In this document: one piece after another, positions 28,188-38,878 of the stretch
Numbering within the stretch: position 1 is the stretch's first letter
Layout of the letters: every line of letters begins with the position of its first letter
Virus record (IMG/VR): IMGVR_UViG_3300036791_000464
Location: 1-60,600 of that record
Source of the DNA: a virus
Lineage: Duplodnaviria; Caudoviricetes
Direction: 5' to 3' (one strand)
DNA length: 60,600 nt
Made by a program: the position numbers and the translations under genes
The notes under the pieces: generated by a model
Databases searched by the model: none
The model's input: the letters and a program-made list of their open reading frames with translations, nothing else
Told to the model about the DNA's origin: nothing

Positions 28188-28963
28188 ATGGGAGAGATTG
28201 CCAAGTCCCTCTTGATGAAGATGTGCGCAGAGGCCAGCGTGGAAGCTGTCAACGACCTTCTTCATACCAGCCAGCTGCTGGGTGGGCTTGCCAAGGCCAT
28301 CATGACCGAGCCAGACGCGGAAGGAATCGTCAACCCGGAGCAGCTGATTGAAGCCGCAGCCCGCTGCATAGATGCCATCGAGGTAATCGTGGAGGCGTGC
28401 CGGCCGCGAGATCATGACCTCAGCGAATGGGAGCAGACCGACCTGCACAACGACATGATGGATGTCAGAGGCAAACTGGACGACCTTCGCAGCCAACTGT
28501 TCAAGATTCCAAAGGAGGACAGCTAGCAAAATGGACGTAGACTTCTTCCACCGCACAAACACAGGCGCTGCCAGCGAGCAAGCAGAGACAGCCTTGAGTG
28601 TTGTCCGGGTCGAGACCACAACAATGTCCGACGACGGGCAACAGTTCCGCTTGATGATGCTTGACGCGGACGACAGCTTTGACTTCGTTGTCCAGTGGCC
28701 GGACGGCGAGCGCGAGATCGTCTGGAGCTTGGCCAGAGAGCGCGAGGGGCAGTCATGACGCAAGATTTAGTCATCGGCATCCTCTTGGCCGTTTTGGTCG
28801 TGGCAATCTGGCTGGGCCTGCGAAGGAATCCATGATACCTGTACTATGTTCACGGTGCTGGCGTCGAGCGAAGTTCAACGTGGCGATGCTCGTCTGGTAC
28901 TGCCCGATCTGCAACATGTCCATTACAGCTGAGGAAGTCTATGAAGGAATGAACAAGCGATGA
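28188..28963 (+). CDS. Small hypothetical genes (28188-28526, 28531-28758, a small TM peptide and a zinc-finger peptide ending at 28963)
   Basis: RBSs and coupled start/stop overlaps. Confidence 0.55.
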
Positions 28964-29493
28964 GGGGGATCTTCGCAGTTGACCCTGGCGAGAGTACCGG
29001 CGTCGCCTGGGGCATCTTGAACGAGAAGCACCGGGGTACCGCGCTGGAGGCCGTGGCCCAGCGCATGTACTCAAGCAGCCTCACCTTGACGGGAACCGAG
29101 CCAGAACAAATCAGAGATTTGTACGCATTCTGGACGGGCTTCAAGAAGTCCTGTGTTCAGGCGCACCAGATGCTCCCAGAGACCATCGACCTCGTGATCG
29201 AAGACTTTGTCTTGTTCCCCGGAGAGAAGCCGGGCAGGTCAACCACGACACCTGAGCGAATCGCCTGGGGCTTTGAGGGCTACAGGATGGCGATGTTTGA
29301 TCACTGGCGCGCTCGTTGGCCTAAGCACTACACGCCAATCTCATGGCAGAAGTCCGGCGGCGCAAAGAGGTTCTCCACGCAAGCAATCTTGAAGGCCGCA
29401 GACGCCTGGGTTGTAGGCAAGGAGCACGAGCGCAGCGCATTTGCACATATGGTCTTGCGCACGAACATCCTCATGAACAACCAGATCCCGTAA
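28960..29493 (+). CDS. RuvC-like Holliday junction resolvase
   Basis: IFAVDPGESTGVAW, LVIEDF, HERSA. Confidence 0.65.
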   Translation: MRGIFAVDPGESTGVAWGILNEKHRGTALEAVAQRMYSSSLTLTGTEPEQIRDLYAFWTGFKKSCVQAHQMLPETIDLVIEDFVLFPGEKPGRSTTTPERIAWGFEGYRMAMFDHWRARWPKHYTPISWQKSGGAKRFSTQAILKAADAWVVGKEHERSAFAHMVLRTNILMNNQIP

Positions 29494-29860
29494 CGCTGGT
29501 CAGCGTTACGCTGGGTAGCGTTCCGCCCGTAACGCGCCTAAGCGTTACGCGCGCGTATACGCGCGTCCGCGCGGAGGATGTGCCGGAAAGCTTGTCTACA
29601 ACCTCGAATCGATCTGCCCTTTACGCGAGCGGGAGAATGCGCTAGACTCCCGCCCGTGGATCCCAACGACCCGACGCTACGCATCTTGCCCGTGGAGGGG
29701 CTGCTGTACCGAGACCCTGAATGGGAGGTCTTGCAGCGAGGAGCGGCGGACATGGGTGAGGGCAGACAGTTCTGGTGGGATCCCATTCACGGATGGGTTG
29801 CACATCAGGGCCCAATCGTGACGGTCTCGATTCCTCCAGATCACACGCACCCATACTGAG

Positions 29861-30520
29861 ATGCCGCCCAAGTACCGCAGCATCAAGAAGCAGACGGTAC
29901 GAAACCAACAGAGGAAAGACCAACGCAAGATGTCGATCTGCGGCGCTCTCACTAACGCAGGCGGCGAGTGCAAGCAACCGGCCGGAGCGGGTACCAATCA
30001 TCTGGGTGTCGGCCGTTGTAGCCACCACACAGGCAACGCACCCAACACGCGCAAGAACGCGATCATGCAAGAGGCCGTTGTCTTCATGGGCGCGCCAAAG
30101 GACATCAATCCTCTGGACGCAATTCTCTGGTGCATTCGGATCACGGCTGGCGAGGTCGAATGGCTGAGCACCGAGATCGCGAAGGTGCCGATGGAGCTTT
30201 GGATCGAGCAGACGTACGTGGGCAAGCAGATGAACGTGTTACAGCGATCCCGAGCCGACGCGCAGGATCGCCTGGTGCGGTACAGTCGAGATGCGGTACA
30301 ACTTGGACTGGCGGAGCGCGCGGTACGGCTGGCCGAAAACTTTGGCGCTTTGATTGCGCGTCTGCTGGAGAACATCGCAGCAGAGTTGGAGCTAAGCCGC
30401 AAGCAGAAGGAGATGTGGCCAAACATTATTCGTCGGCAGCTGATCTTGCTGGAGGGCGGTACACCGCCGCACGAGATCATCGAGGGAGAGGCAGTCGATG
30501 CCGACGAAGCGGCAGCGTAA
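29861..30520 (+). CDS. Terminase small subunit (putative)
   Basis: CGA..C...RCSHHTG motif; directly upstream of the large subunit. Confidence 0.65.
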   Translation: MPPKYRSIKKQTVRNQQRKDQRKMSICGALTNAGGECKQPAGAGTNHLGVGRCSHHTGNAPNTRKNAIMQEAVVFMGAPKDINPLDAILWCIRITAGEVEWLSTEIAKVPMELWIEQTYVGKQMNVLQRSRADAQDRLVRYSRDAVQLGLAERAVRLAENFGALIARLLENIAAELELSRKQKEMWPNIIRRQLILLEGGTPPHEIIEGEAVDADEAAA

Positions 30521-32003
30521 CATTCACAAACCGCCCAACTTCGTCTATGACGCGAAGCTGCCGGCGGGCACGATTGACGCAGCGATGCGCTACCTCTTCC
30601 CTGAACCAGCGCCGTACCTGGACACGGCTGGCGCTTGGGTGCGCGAGGTTCTGAAGGAGGACATCTGGTCGAAGCAGGAGGAGATCTGCCAGTCCGTCGT
30701 GGACAATCGCTACACAGCGGTCAAAGCGTGCCACGGGCCAGGGAAATCTTTCATTGCTGCGAGGATCGGCTGCTGGTGGATCAATGTGCATGAACTCGGA
30801 GATGCATTCCTTGTCACGACAGCGCCGTCCTGGCCACAGGTACAGGCGATCTTGTGGCGGGAGATTCGGCGGGCCTGGCGCAAGGGACGGTTACCGGGCC
30901 GCATTACCCTCGAATGCCAATGGTATATGGGCGAGGGGAGGAGCGACGAAGAACTGATTGCCATGGGCCGGAAGCCCGCCGATTACAACGAGCAGGCATT
31001 CCAGGGTCTTCACGCGCGCTACATTCTGATCGTGATCGACGAGGCCTGCGGAGTTCCGGAGACTCTTTGGACAGCGGTGATGACGCTGATGACGAACGAG
31101 AACGCTCGCGTGCTCGCGATTGGGAACCCAGACGATCCAGGTTCGCACTTCGCGCAAGTTTGTAAGCCTGGCAGCGGCTGGAACGTGATCTCGATCAATG
31201 CGTTCGACACGCCCAACTTCACCGGCGAAGAGGTCAGCCCAGCGCTTCAAGAGAACCTGGTGACGCCGATGTGGGTTGAAGATCGACGGCGTGATTGGGG
31301 TGAAGGATCCCCACTCTGGCAGGCGAAGGTACTTGCTGAGTTCCCTGACATCAGCGACGAGTACCTGATCACGCCGTCGATGATCCAGCAGGCCATCGAC
31401 TGCGACCTGCCCGGAATCGAGAAGGGACGCTATGGCGCAGATGTGTCGAGGATGGGAGTGGATAAGACGGTTGTGTACCGTAACAGGGGCGGCGTGATTC
31501 GGTACGTGGATAGTTGGGGCATGACCGACACGATGAAGACGACCGGGAAGTTCAAGCTCATCCTCGACCAGCACCACCGCACGAATCGGCCCAACATGGT
31601 CATCGATATCATCGGGCTGGGATCTGGCGTCTTCGACCGGCTGCGCGAGATGGGCTACCCATGTACACCCTTTACGGGCGCGGAGAGAGCTTACAGACCG
31701 GACAAGTTCAAGAACCGGCGCGCCGAGGTCTACTGGACTTTTCGCAGCAACCTGGAGGATGGGAACATCGACCTGGATCCGCTCGACCTGGAGCTACAGG
31801 AGCAGCTTCAGAATATCAAGTGGTGGGTTGATTCCTCCGGCCGCATTCAGATCGAGTCCAAAGAAGACATGCGCGACCGTGGCGTCAAGTCACCAGACCG
31901 CGCAGACGCCTGCGTCTACTCAACCATTCATTCCGGGCCTCTGGTCGTTCAACCGATCAGCCAAGGGAGCATCGCTTCCGACCTACTCACAATGGAGATG
32001 TAA
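30498..32003 (+). CDS. terL: Terminase large subunit
   Basis: ACHGPGKS Walker A, VIDEA Walker B, GNP, GADVS and SPDRADA nuclease motifs. Confidence 0.95.
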   Translation: MPTKRQRNIHKPPNFVYDAKLPAGTIDAAMRYLFPEPAPYLDTAGAWVREVLKEDIWSKQEEICQSVVDNRYTAVKACHGPGKSFIAARIGCWWINVHELGDAFLVTTAPSWPQVQAILWREIRRAWRKGRLPGRITLECQWYMGEGRSDEELIAMGRKPADYNEQAFQGLHARYILIVIDEACGVPETLWTAVMTLMTNENARVLAIGNPDDPGSHFAQVCKPGSGWNVISINAFDTPNFTGEEVSPALQENLVTPMWVEDRRRDWGEGSPLWQAKVLAEFPDISDEYLITPSMIQQAIDCDLPGIEKGRYGADVSRMGVDKTVVYRNRGGVIRYVDSWGMTDTMKTTGKFKLILDQHHRTNRPNMVIDIIGLGSGVFDRLREMGYPCTPFTGAERAYRPDKFKNRRAEVYWTFRSNLEDGNIDLDPLDLELQEQLQNIKWWVDSSGRIQIESKEDMRDRGVKSPDRADACVYSTIHSGPLVVQPISQGSIASDLLTMEM

Positions 32004-32245
32004 TGACGACACAGGAACAGGTCGATCAGATCAAGTCGGATGTCCAAGCTCTCCAAGCCGCGAGCGCGGCGGCAGCTGACCAGATCGCGGTGCTAACCCA
32101 GAACATCCTCGATCTCCAAGCGGGCACGATCACAGACGATCAAATCTCGAATCTGCACAACGCGCTACAGGGCGTGACGTCCGAGTTGGTCACAGCTGTC
32201 GAGCAGTCGCAAGAGGCGCTCAATCCATCTGAGCGAGGCGAATGA
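32003..32245 (+). CDS. Coiled-coil hypothetical protein
   Basis: Heptad-rich and translationally coupled. Confidence 0.6.
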   Translation: MTTQEQVDQIKSDVQALQAASAAAADQIAVLTQNILDLQAGTITDDQISNLHNALQGVTSELVTAVEQSQEALNPSERGE

Positions 32246-33159
32246 CCAACTGGTGGGAAGCTCCGTACAAGGGCGGGCCGATGGTGGCCGTGAGGGGTTT
32301 CCCACGTCCACTCTACCCACCTGACTCGGCACCCGGACACAAAGCCTCAATTGACGGCCCAGATGTCGAGGCGTACAAGCGCACTGTATCGCGCGCTGGA
32401 CGTTGGAAATGGCAAGCGTTTGATCAGCAGTTCAGTAACGCTTTCAGCCACGGAAAGTCCGGCGATGTCATCGACACCGGCATCGCCGGTATCCAGCGGC
32501 AGCAGAACATGGAACCTGATACCGGCTGGGTAGGAGAGAAGACGTTCAACACGCTGCGGTCAATCAAGGTACCCATTGGACTGCCCCACGCGGGTGAGAT
32601 GGCGATGGATGCTCGCGCCGTCGAACTAGTGAACGCGGCATGGGATAAGTTCAAGGGGAAAGAGCCTGCGCCGTCGCCACCCCCAACCCCTGGTAGTGCG
32701 GCGCAGGCTCGACTTACCAAAGCCATCGCCGAGATCGGCACCAAGGAGTCTCCTCCCAACTCAAACCAGTGTAAGTACACCGAGTGGTACAACATGATCG
32801 GCCCTTGGTGTGCAATGTTCTGTACATGGTCTGATCAACTCAGCGGCGTTCCGACCAATAGCTTCAAGAAGGGATCCAAGTACGCCTACGTTCCGTACAT
32901 CGTCAGCGACGCGCGCATGGGGTACAACGGACTCTCGGTCACGAGCGATCCGAAGCCTGGCGATCTTGTCTGCTTCGACTGGGACTGGGATGGCGAGTAT
33001 GATCACATCGGTCTGTTCGAGAAGTGGACAAGCGGCGTATCTTTCCAGGCCATTGAAGGGAACACGTCTAGCTCTAACAACTCTAACGGCGGCGAGGTAA
33101 TGCGTCGTACGCGGAACAAGACTTACCAGGGAACAGTGTTCGTCCGAGTAAAGGAGTGA
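32242..33159 (+). CDS. Endolysin (peptidoglycan-binding domain + CHAP)
   Basis: PWCAMF, GDLVCFDW, DHIGL, IEGNT. Confidence 0.85.
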   Translation: MTNWWEAPYKGGPMVAVRGFPRPLYPPDSAPGHKASIDGPDVEAYKRTVSRAGRWKWQAFDQQFSNAFSHGKSGDVIDTGIAGIQRQQNMEPDTGWVGEKTFNTLRSIKVPIGLPHAGEMAMDARAVELVNAAWDKFKGKEPAPSPPPTPGSAAQARLTKAIAEIGTKESPPNSNQCKYTEWYNMIGPWCAMFCTWSDQLSGVPTNSFKKGSKYAYVPYIVSDARMGYNGLSVTSDPKPGDLVCFDWDWDGEYDHIGLFEKWTSGVSFQAIEGNTSSSNNSNGGEVMRRTRNKTYQGTVFVRVKE

Positions 33160-33161
33160 AC

Positions 33162-33245
33162 ATGCAAAGATCCTGGACAGCTACAGAACTCTTCGTGCTA
33201 GCAATAGCGGTCATCCTTCTGATCGAGTTGATCCATACCTGGTAA
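33162..33245 (+). CDS. 27-aa single-TM peptide (possible lysis component)
   Basis: AAGGAG RBS; MQRSWTATELFVLAIAVILLIELIHTW; stop overlaps the portal ATG. Confidence 0.45.
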   Translation: MQRSWTATELFVLAIAVILLIELIHTW

Positions 33246-34711
33246 TGGCGCGCCCGAAGACAAAGACGAGTACCGGTTCTGCGCCGCCAATCTCTGAGCT
33301 TGGTTCAGTTCTCAACGGCAACTTTTCTCCGGCCGGGATGGCTCCGTGGATCACCTGGGTCGATGTCGAAGAAATGGTACCGCAGTTGCGCTGGCCAATG
33401 TCCGTTCGGACGTACAACACGATGAGGACAGACTCGCAGATCGCTGCTCTCTACGACGCGACCCTGCTGGCGATTCAGAAGATGGAATGGTTGATCGATC
33501 CGAACGGCGCTGACCAGGCAATTGTCACGAAACTTTCGACCGACTACAACATCCCGATCCTCGGACAGAAGACGGATAACATCAAGCGCGGACGGCTCAA
33601 GAATCGGTTCAGCTTTCGCAACCATCTGCGGCTCGCGTTCAAGGCCGGGATCTACGGTCACTACTACTTCGAGCAAGTTGGCTACATAGGTGACGGCCGT
33701 AACGGACGGCCTGATGACGGTTTGTGGCATTTGCGCAAGCTCGCGGAGCGTCCACCCACCACTATTCAGGAGTTCCGCGTAGCCGACGATGGCGGGCTGG
33801 TCTCGATTGTACAAAACGTTGTTCAACCGAACGCAGCTTCTTTCCAGACTCCCATTCCGGAGATCCCTGTTGATCGTCTTGTCGCGTACGTTTGGGACAA
33901 GGAAGGTGCGAACTGGGCCGGTCGTTCTTGGTTCCGCGAGTGCTACAAGAACTGGTTGATCAAAGATCGTCTCCTCCGCATCGACGCGATCAACCACGAG
34001 CGCGCCGGTGGTGTCCCCTATATCGTCGCGCACCCAGGCGCAACAAACGATGAAATCGACGAGCTAAACAAGATGGCGCAAGCGTTTCGTGTGGGAGACA
34101 CCGCTGGTGGCGCAGTTCCTGCTGGGGCCAAGTTCGATGTCGCGCGAGGTCTACAGAGTTCTGTCATTCAATCCGTTCAATACCACGACGAAGCGATGGC
34201 CCGTAAGTTCATGCTGATGGTCATGCAGTTGGGTCAGACTCGCACCGGCTCGCGCGCGCTCGGGACGACATTTGTAGACTTCTGGGCTGCGGGAATGGAA
34301 TCAATTGCCTGGTGGTTTGCTGACATCTTCAACGAGCACGTTGTCGAGGATGACATCGACTGGAACTATGGAGAGAATGTAGATCAGGTACCGCTGCTTG
34401 TGTTCGACTTCGATCCAGAGTTGGTAATCGCGGATCTCGTTCAGATGATTCAAACGGGAGGGATCATCGTAGACGACGAACTGGAAGCGGCGATTCGCAA
34501 AGAAATGCATCTGCCACCTGCGCAGCATCCTCGGCCGACTCCCGCGCCTCTGCCTCCTTCAGCTGGAGTGCAGGAGATGCCGCCGCCACCCCTTGATCCA
34601 AATCCACCAGCACCAGTACCGGCCGCTCTGCCTCCGGGCAAGCCTGCGCCGTCAAAACCACCGCCCAAGCCTGCGTCCAAAAGCAGTTCAAAAGGGACAG
34701 GGACGCAGTGA
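33245..34711 (+). CDS. Portal protein (DUF935/Mu gp29-like)
   Basis: Size, position, GSRALG motif, Pro-rich tail. Confidence 0.85.
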   Translation: MARPKTKTSTGSAPPISELGSVLNGNFSPAGMAPWITWVDVEEMVPQLRWPMSVRTYNTMRTDSQIAALYDATLLAIQKMEWLIDPNGADQAIVTKLSTDYNIPILGQKTDNIKRGRLKNRFSFRNHLRLAFKAGIYGHYYFEQVGYIGDGRNGRPDDGLWHLRKLAERPPTTIQEFRVADDGGLVSIVQNVVQPNAASFQTPIPEIPVDRLVAYVWDKEGANWAGRSWFRECYKNWLIKDRLLRIDAINHERAGGVPYIVAHPGATNDEIDELNKMAQAFRVGDTAGGAVPAGAKFDVARGLQSSVIQSVQYHDEAMARKFMLMVMQLGQTRTGSRALGTTFVDFWAAGMESIAWWFADIFNEHVVEDDIDWNYGENVDQVPLLVFDFDPELVIADLVQMIQTGGIIVDDELEAAIRKEMHLPPAQHPRPTPAPLPPSAGVQEMPPPPLDPNPPAPVPAALPPGKPAPSKPPPKPASKSSSKGTGTQ

Positions 34712-34786
34712 CGGCGGCGGCCACCCGCCAGAGGTTGCTCCCTCCCGGTAATGGCCGCCGCCGCCGTCCAACAAAGGAGGTAATGT

Positions 34787-35370
34787 ATGGCTAGGAAGGG
34801 AGCAGGCCCAAAGCCCAAGGCCGCGAAGTCGCGGGCCAAGGGCAAGACGAACAACCCGAAGTTCGGTAAGTCGCCACCTGCTGGTCAGGTCGGCAATCCC
34901 ATAGGGCCGTTCGGATCAGGGATGAACGTCGGCGGTCTCACCGACCGCCAGGTACGGACGAATCAGTTTGCCCAGGGGTCGATGCTTCACAAGCAGCTGC
35001 TGGCGGACAAGAGCACCGGTATCAAGACGCCGGGAATGAAGGCGGCACCCAGCGTCAACAAGAAGTCGCAGGGCAAGCTGGCGAAGCCGGTCTCGATGAC
35101 GGCGACACCTGCCGGCAGCAAGAAGACGGTCATCAGTCCGTCCACGGCTGCGTCGGTGAGAAACAGAGTATCGAGGTAGTCATGGCTGCCAAGTCAAAAA
35201 AGGGGATGGGATTCAAGGCTGCGCAGTCGCAGATCGCCAAGAAGCAGGGGATCTCCAAAGATCGCGCTGGAGCGATTCTCGCAGCCAGCACCCGCAAGGC
35301 GAGTCCGGCTGCGAAGAAAGCGAATCCCAACCTCAAGAACGTCAAGATGCCCAAGAAGGGCAAGAAGTGA
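34787..35370 (+). CDS. Two Lys-rich basic proteins (34787-35179, 35182-35370)
   Basis: RBSs; very K/A/G-rich. Confidence 0.65.
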
Positions 35371-36812
35371 AGTTCCGGCGCGCGATCCGCGCATCTTCGG
35401 GAATCGGTACCCCTATCAAGGGTGACGATGGTCTCTGGCGTCTGAATGACGTACCGATTTGCACAACAGGGATCGAGTACAAGCTCAGCACCGGCCCTCA
35501 TACGTTCACGGAGTCCGAGCTAGCGGCTGCTGTTCTTGCCGCCGATGGTCAGGACATTGCGATCAACGCGCCTCGGATCAAGCTCGGACACCACTCTCAA
35601 GCGAACGATTTGTTCCTGGGAGAAGATGAGCCTGCGTTCGGTCGCGTCGAGGGCATGAAGCTCAGCGACAACAAGCAGACCGTGATTGGCAACTACGTCG
35701 GAACACCGGAATGGTTGGCCAAGGTTCTGCCGGTCGCTTACCCGGCTCGCTCTGTAGACGCGCAGTTGGGCGTCGAGACGGCGACCGGCAAGAGATACGA
35801 AATGGTCATCACCGATGTGTCTCTGCTCGGGATCGTTTGGCCAGGTTGTTCGACCCTGGAAGATCTGCCGCTCTGGTATGGGTCTGAGCAGCCGGAGGGC
35901 GTTGTGATCAACGCGGCGCTCGATGTCAAGAAGATCCGTCAGAAGTTTTACAACGAAGGGCCAGGCAAGGAAAAAACATCCTGGTGGATCCGTGGCGAGA
36001 AGTTCGACACGGCATCCGGGTTCACCCTCATCGTTGACGAGGGAACCGGTGACATCTGCCGGATCCCCGTCATAGTCGAAAATGATGAGGTATCGTTCGG
36101 TGATCCTGTTCAGGTGATCGAACAGTTCACGGACAAGGCGGTTGCGGCGCAGGCCGCGCTCGCTGGGATGAAGGTGGCGGATCCCGCTATCAACATCTAT
36201 GCTTCACGTTCAGACACTACAGAAGGAGAGGCAATGGACGAGGATCTTCGCCTGAGTCTCGCCAAGCGCCTCGGACTGGCGGACGATGCCACCGAGGAAC
36301 AGATCAAAGTCGAACTGGCCAAGCCGGTCGGTGAGACACCGCCGCCTCCACCCGATGGCGGCGACGGCGACGATGACGGAGACGAAGGTGACGAGGGCGG
36401 CGAGGGTGGCGAGACTCCACCCCCGACCGGCACCGTCACGCTCGACCAGGCGGCATATGAGGAGTTGAAGGCCGGTGCCGCTCTGGCCCGCAAGCACGAG
36501 AGCGAGCAGACAACCGCTCGTGTCAGAGAGACGGTCGAAGCAGCAGTCATGGACGGTCGAATCCCGCCCGCGCGCCGCGAGCACTGGACAAAGGCGCTCA
36601 CGGCTGACTTCGACGGATCCAAGACCGTGATCGACGGTCTGGAGCGCGGTCTTGTGCCGCTGGCTGCTCGTGGTTCGGGCGGGCCTGGTGGCGAAGACGG
36701 CGAGACAACGGGATCGGGCGAGGGTCTGCCCGAGGATTGGTTCCCCGAGATCAAGACCATTCGCGCGCAGGCCGAGACGAATCCGCGCGTATTCAACAGC
36801 AAGGAGGGGTAG
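35367..36812 (+). CDS. Prohead protease/scaffold (Mu I/Z-like)
   Basis: IKLGH, YPARS; C-terminal VEAAVMDGRIPPARREHW scaffold segment. Confidence 0.8.
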   Translation: MKFRRAIRASSGIGTPIKGDDGLWRLNDVPICTTGIEYKLSTGPHTFTESELAAAVLAADGQDIAINAPRIKLGHHSQANDLFLGEDEPAFGRVEGMKLSDNKQTVIGNYVGTPEWLAKVLPVAYPARSVDAQLGVETATGKRYEMVITDVSLLGIVWPGCSTLEDLPLWYGSEQPEGVVINAALDVKKIRQKFYNEGPGKEKTSWWIRGEKFDTASGFTLIVDEGTGDICRIPVIVENDEVSFGDPVQVIEQFTDKAVAAQAALAGMKVADPAINIYASRSDTTEGEAMDEDLRLSLAKRLGLADDATEEQIKVELAKPVGETPPPPPDGGDGDDDGDEGDEGGEGGETPPPTGTVTLDQAAYEELKAGAALARKHESEQTTARVRETVEAAVMDGRIPPARREHWTKALTADFDGSKTVIDGLERGLVPLAARGSGGPGGEDGETTGSGEGLPEDWFPEIKTIRAQAETNPRVFNSKEG

Positions 36813-36815
36813 ACC

Positions 36816-37274
36816 GTGGCCAACGATCTCGTCCCCTACAAGGAAGATGGCGACGACATCACCGGATACGCCGTGGCAGCGATCACGGGGAAGCGTGGCG
36901 TGCAGATTGCCGCTGCGAAGCCGGTTGGTGAAAAGGCCGAGGGCAACCCCGGCTTGATCGCCTCTGGAACGCCGACAGGTGGCGGCGGTACATACCGAGT
37001 AGCCCTTCCCTCAGGAGCGGGCGCAAACGGTGGTGCCGGCAAGATGATCTTCGGCGTCTCCAAGTACGACCAGACAGTGATCGGGAAGCTCGTGGGCATC
37101 ATTCGCGGGGGAATCGTCCCGATCACAGCTTCAGCCGCTATCACGGCGGGGCAAGGTGTCCAAATCGCAGCGGATGGCACGGTGGTTCCGTTTACCACCG
37201 GCGTCATGATCGGGATCGCGTGCGATGACTGTGCGAACGGGGCTGACTGCGAAGTCGCCCTGATCATTGCGTAG
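36816..37274 (+). CDS. Head decoration/cement protein (DUF2190-like)
   Basis: ITASAAITAGQGV; located between scaffold and capsid genes. Confidence 0.7.
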   Translation: MANDLVPYKEDGDDITGYAVAAITGKRGVQIAAAKPVGEKAEGNPGLIASGTPTGGGGTYRVALPSGAGANGGAGKMIFGVSKYDQTVIGKLVGIIRGGIVPITASAAITAGQGVQIAADGTVVPFTTGVMIGIACDDCANGADCEVALIIA

Positions 37275-37286
37275 AGGGGAGGGGAG

Positions 37287-38276
37287 ATGAAGAACAGAGT
37301 CACGTTGGCCGAGGAGATCGTCTGGGTTCCGGGGCAGCCTGGAATCACTCGCGCTCGTGAGGCCATCGAGGCATCAACGTTCCCCAACCCCGTCCAGCAC
37401 CCGCTGGGCCCGCCGACGGTGGTGGGAACGACAATCACGATGGACATTGCCCTCAACGCTCCGACGCGCATTACTCGGACGTTGATGGATCTGACACTTC
37501 AGCGGTTCTTCGCTGACAAGGTGTTCACATCCTCGGGCGGCGTCACCGGCGGCGCGGTCGTTTACGACCAGCTGTTGGCGAACGATCTGTACTCAGACCG
37601 CGACATTCAGCGTGTTGCTCCGGGCGACGAGTTCCCGCTCGTTACAAGCTCGCGGCGTGTGCCGTATGTCGCAGAGGTCGAGAAGTGGGGCGGTAAGTTC
37701 TTCGTGACGGTCGAAGCTCGTGACCGCAACGATGTCGCAGTCTTCACTCGTAACGTCCGGATGCTGGCGAACACAATCGTCCGGAAGATCAACCAGAGGG
37801 CCGTCGAGGTCTTGGAGGCAGCTGTTCAGGCGTCTCCGAACCGGCTCGTTACCGGCGTCAACTGGGCAACGGTCGTCACGGCCGGTGCCTCGGCTTCGAA
37901 CTCCAACCTGTGGCCTGGCTACGACTTCAGCAGGGCGCAGGCGCAGGCCGAGACCGAGGAACTGGGCATCGTGTACGACCTGTGGATTCTGAATCCGCAG
38001 GAGTATCTCCAGCTGGCCCGGATCTACGGGCCGGATCTCAACAACCTGCTTGGCTCGCTCAGCCTGGCGATCTTCGTTACCAACCGGGTGCCGGCTGGTA
38101 ACGCATACGTCGTCCAGACGGGGCAGGTCGGTCAGATGCGCACCGAGCAGCCGCTCAACACAACACAGTGGTACGAGCAAGAGACGGAGCGTTTCTGGAC
38201 GCAGAGCAGCGTTCGGCCGCTGATGTTTGCGGACAACCGCTTCGCCGTCCTCAAGTTCACGAACCTGGCCGGGTAA
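37287..38276 (+). CDS. Major capsid protein
   Basis: 329 aa; position; APGDEFP and KWGGKF motifs. Confidence 0.85.
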   Translation: MKNRVTLAEEIVWVPGQPGITRAREAIEASTFPNPVQHPLGPPTVVGTTITMDIALNAPTRITRTLMDLTLQRFFADKVFTSSGGVTGGAVVYDQLLANDLYSDRDIQRVAPGDEFPLVTSSRRVPYVAEVEKWGGKFFVTVEARDRNDVAVFTRNVRMLANTIVRKINQRAVEVLEAAVQASPNRLVTGVNWATVVTAGASASNSNLWPGYDFSRAQAQAETEELGIVYDLWILNPQEYLQLARIYGPDLNNLLGSLSLAIFVTNRVPAGNAYVVQTGQVGQMRTEQPLNTTQWYEQETERFWTQSSVRPLMFADNRFAVLKFTNLAG

Positions 38277-38282
38277 GGAGGG

Positions 38283-38816
38283 GTGATGACAGAACTTCAT
38301 GGAATCGACCCCACCGCCACCGAGTCGGCGGGGTACAACGTGCCGGACGAATACTCCGGTCAGGGCGATGATCGTGTCGTCCGAAACTTGCGGTTTCTTT
38401 ACACAGTTCAGACGGAGGATCCAACCGGCATGAACGTGATCGAGCCGCGTGAAGCACTCGCGGGTGAGACAGTCACCCTCGATCAGATCGGTCTCATCGC
38501 CCAGATGAAGGGCGAATCCTCGCACGCGTTCTACACGGACGACGAGCGTGAGAGATTGGAGGCCGGAGGAAACCCTGATAAGCCGCTCTCGCCAAGTTCA
38601 GGCGGCGATGTCAACTCGATGGGCGAGTACGAGTTGGCCGAGTACATCAAGGGATCAAACCCCGACGGCAAGGAGTTGACGGTGAGCGAGACCGTCGCGC
38701 TCGCCGGGACGGACAAGGATCTCGCCCATCGGATCCTTCAGGCCGAGAACATCGCAACAGACGGCGAGCCACGCAAGGGCGTCGAAGCAGGTCTAACCTC
38801 AATCATCGAGGGGTAG
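38283..38816 (+). CDS. Hypothetical head-associated protein
   Basis: AAGGAGG RBS; C-terminal E..GEPRKGV motif. Confidence 0.6.
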   Translation: MMTELHGIDPTATESAGYNVPDEYSGQGDDRVVRNLRFLYTVQTEDPTGMNVIEPREALAGETVTLDQIGLIAQMKGESSHAFYTDDERERLEAGGNPDKPLSPSSGGDVNSMGEYELAEYIKGSNPDGKELTVSETVALAGTDKDLAHRILQAENIATDGEPRKGVEAGLTSIIEG

Positions 38817-38829
38817 ATCATGACAAGGG

Positions 38830-38878
38830 ATGGGGGACTGCTCTATGCCGCAGAGCGATCCCCCATACTTTTCTCTCT
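38830..38878 (+). terminator. Intrinsic terminator after the capsid genes
   Basis: atggggga...tcccccat stem followed by a T-rich tract. Confidence 0.55.
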
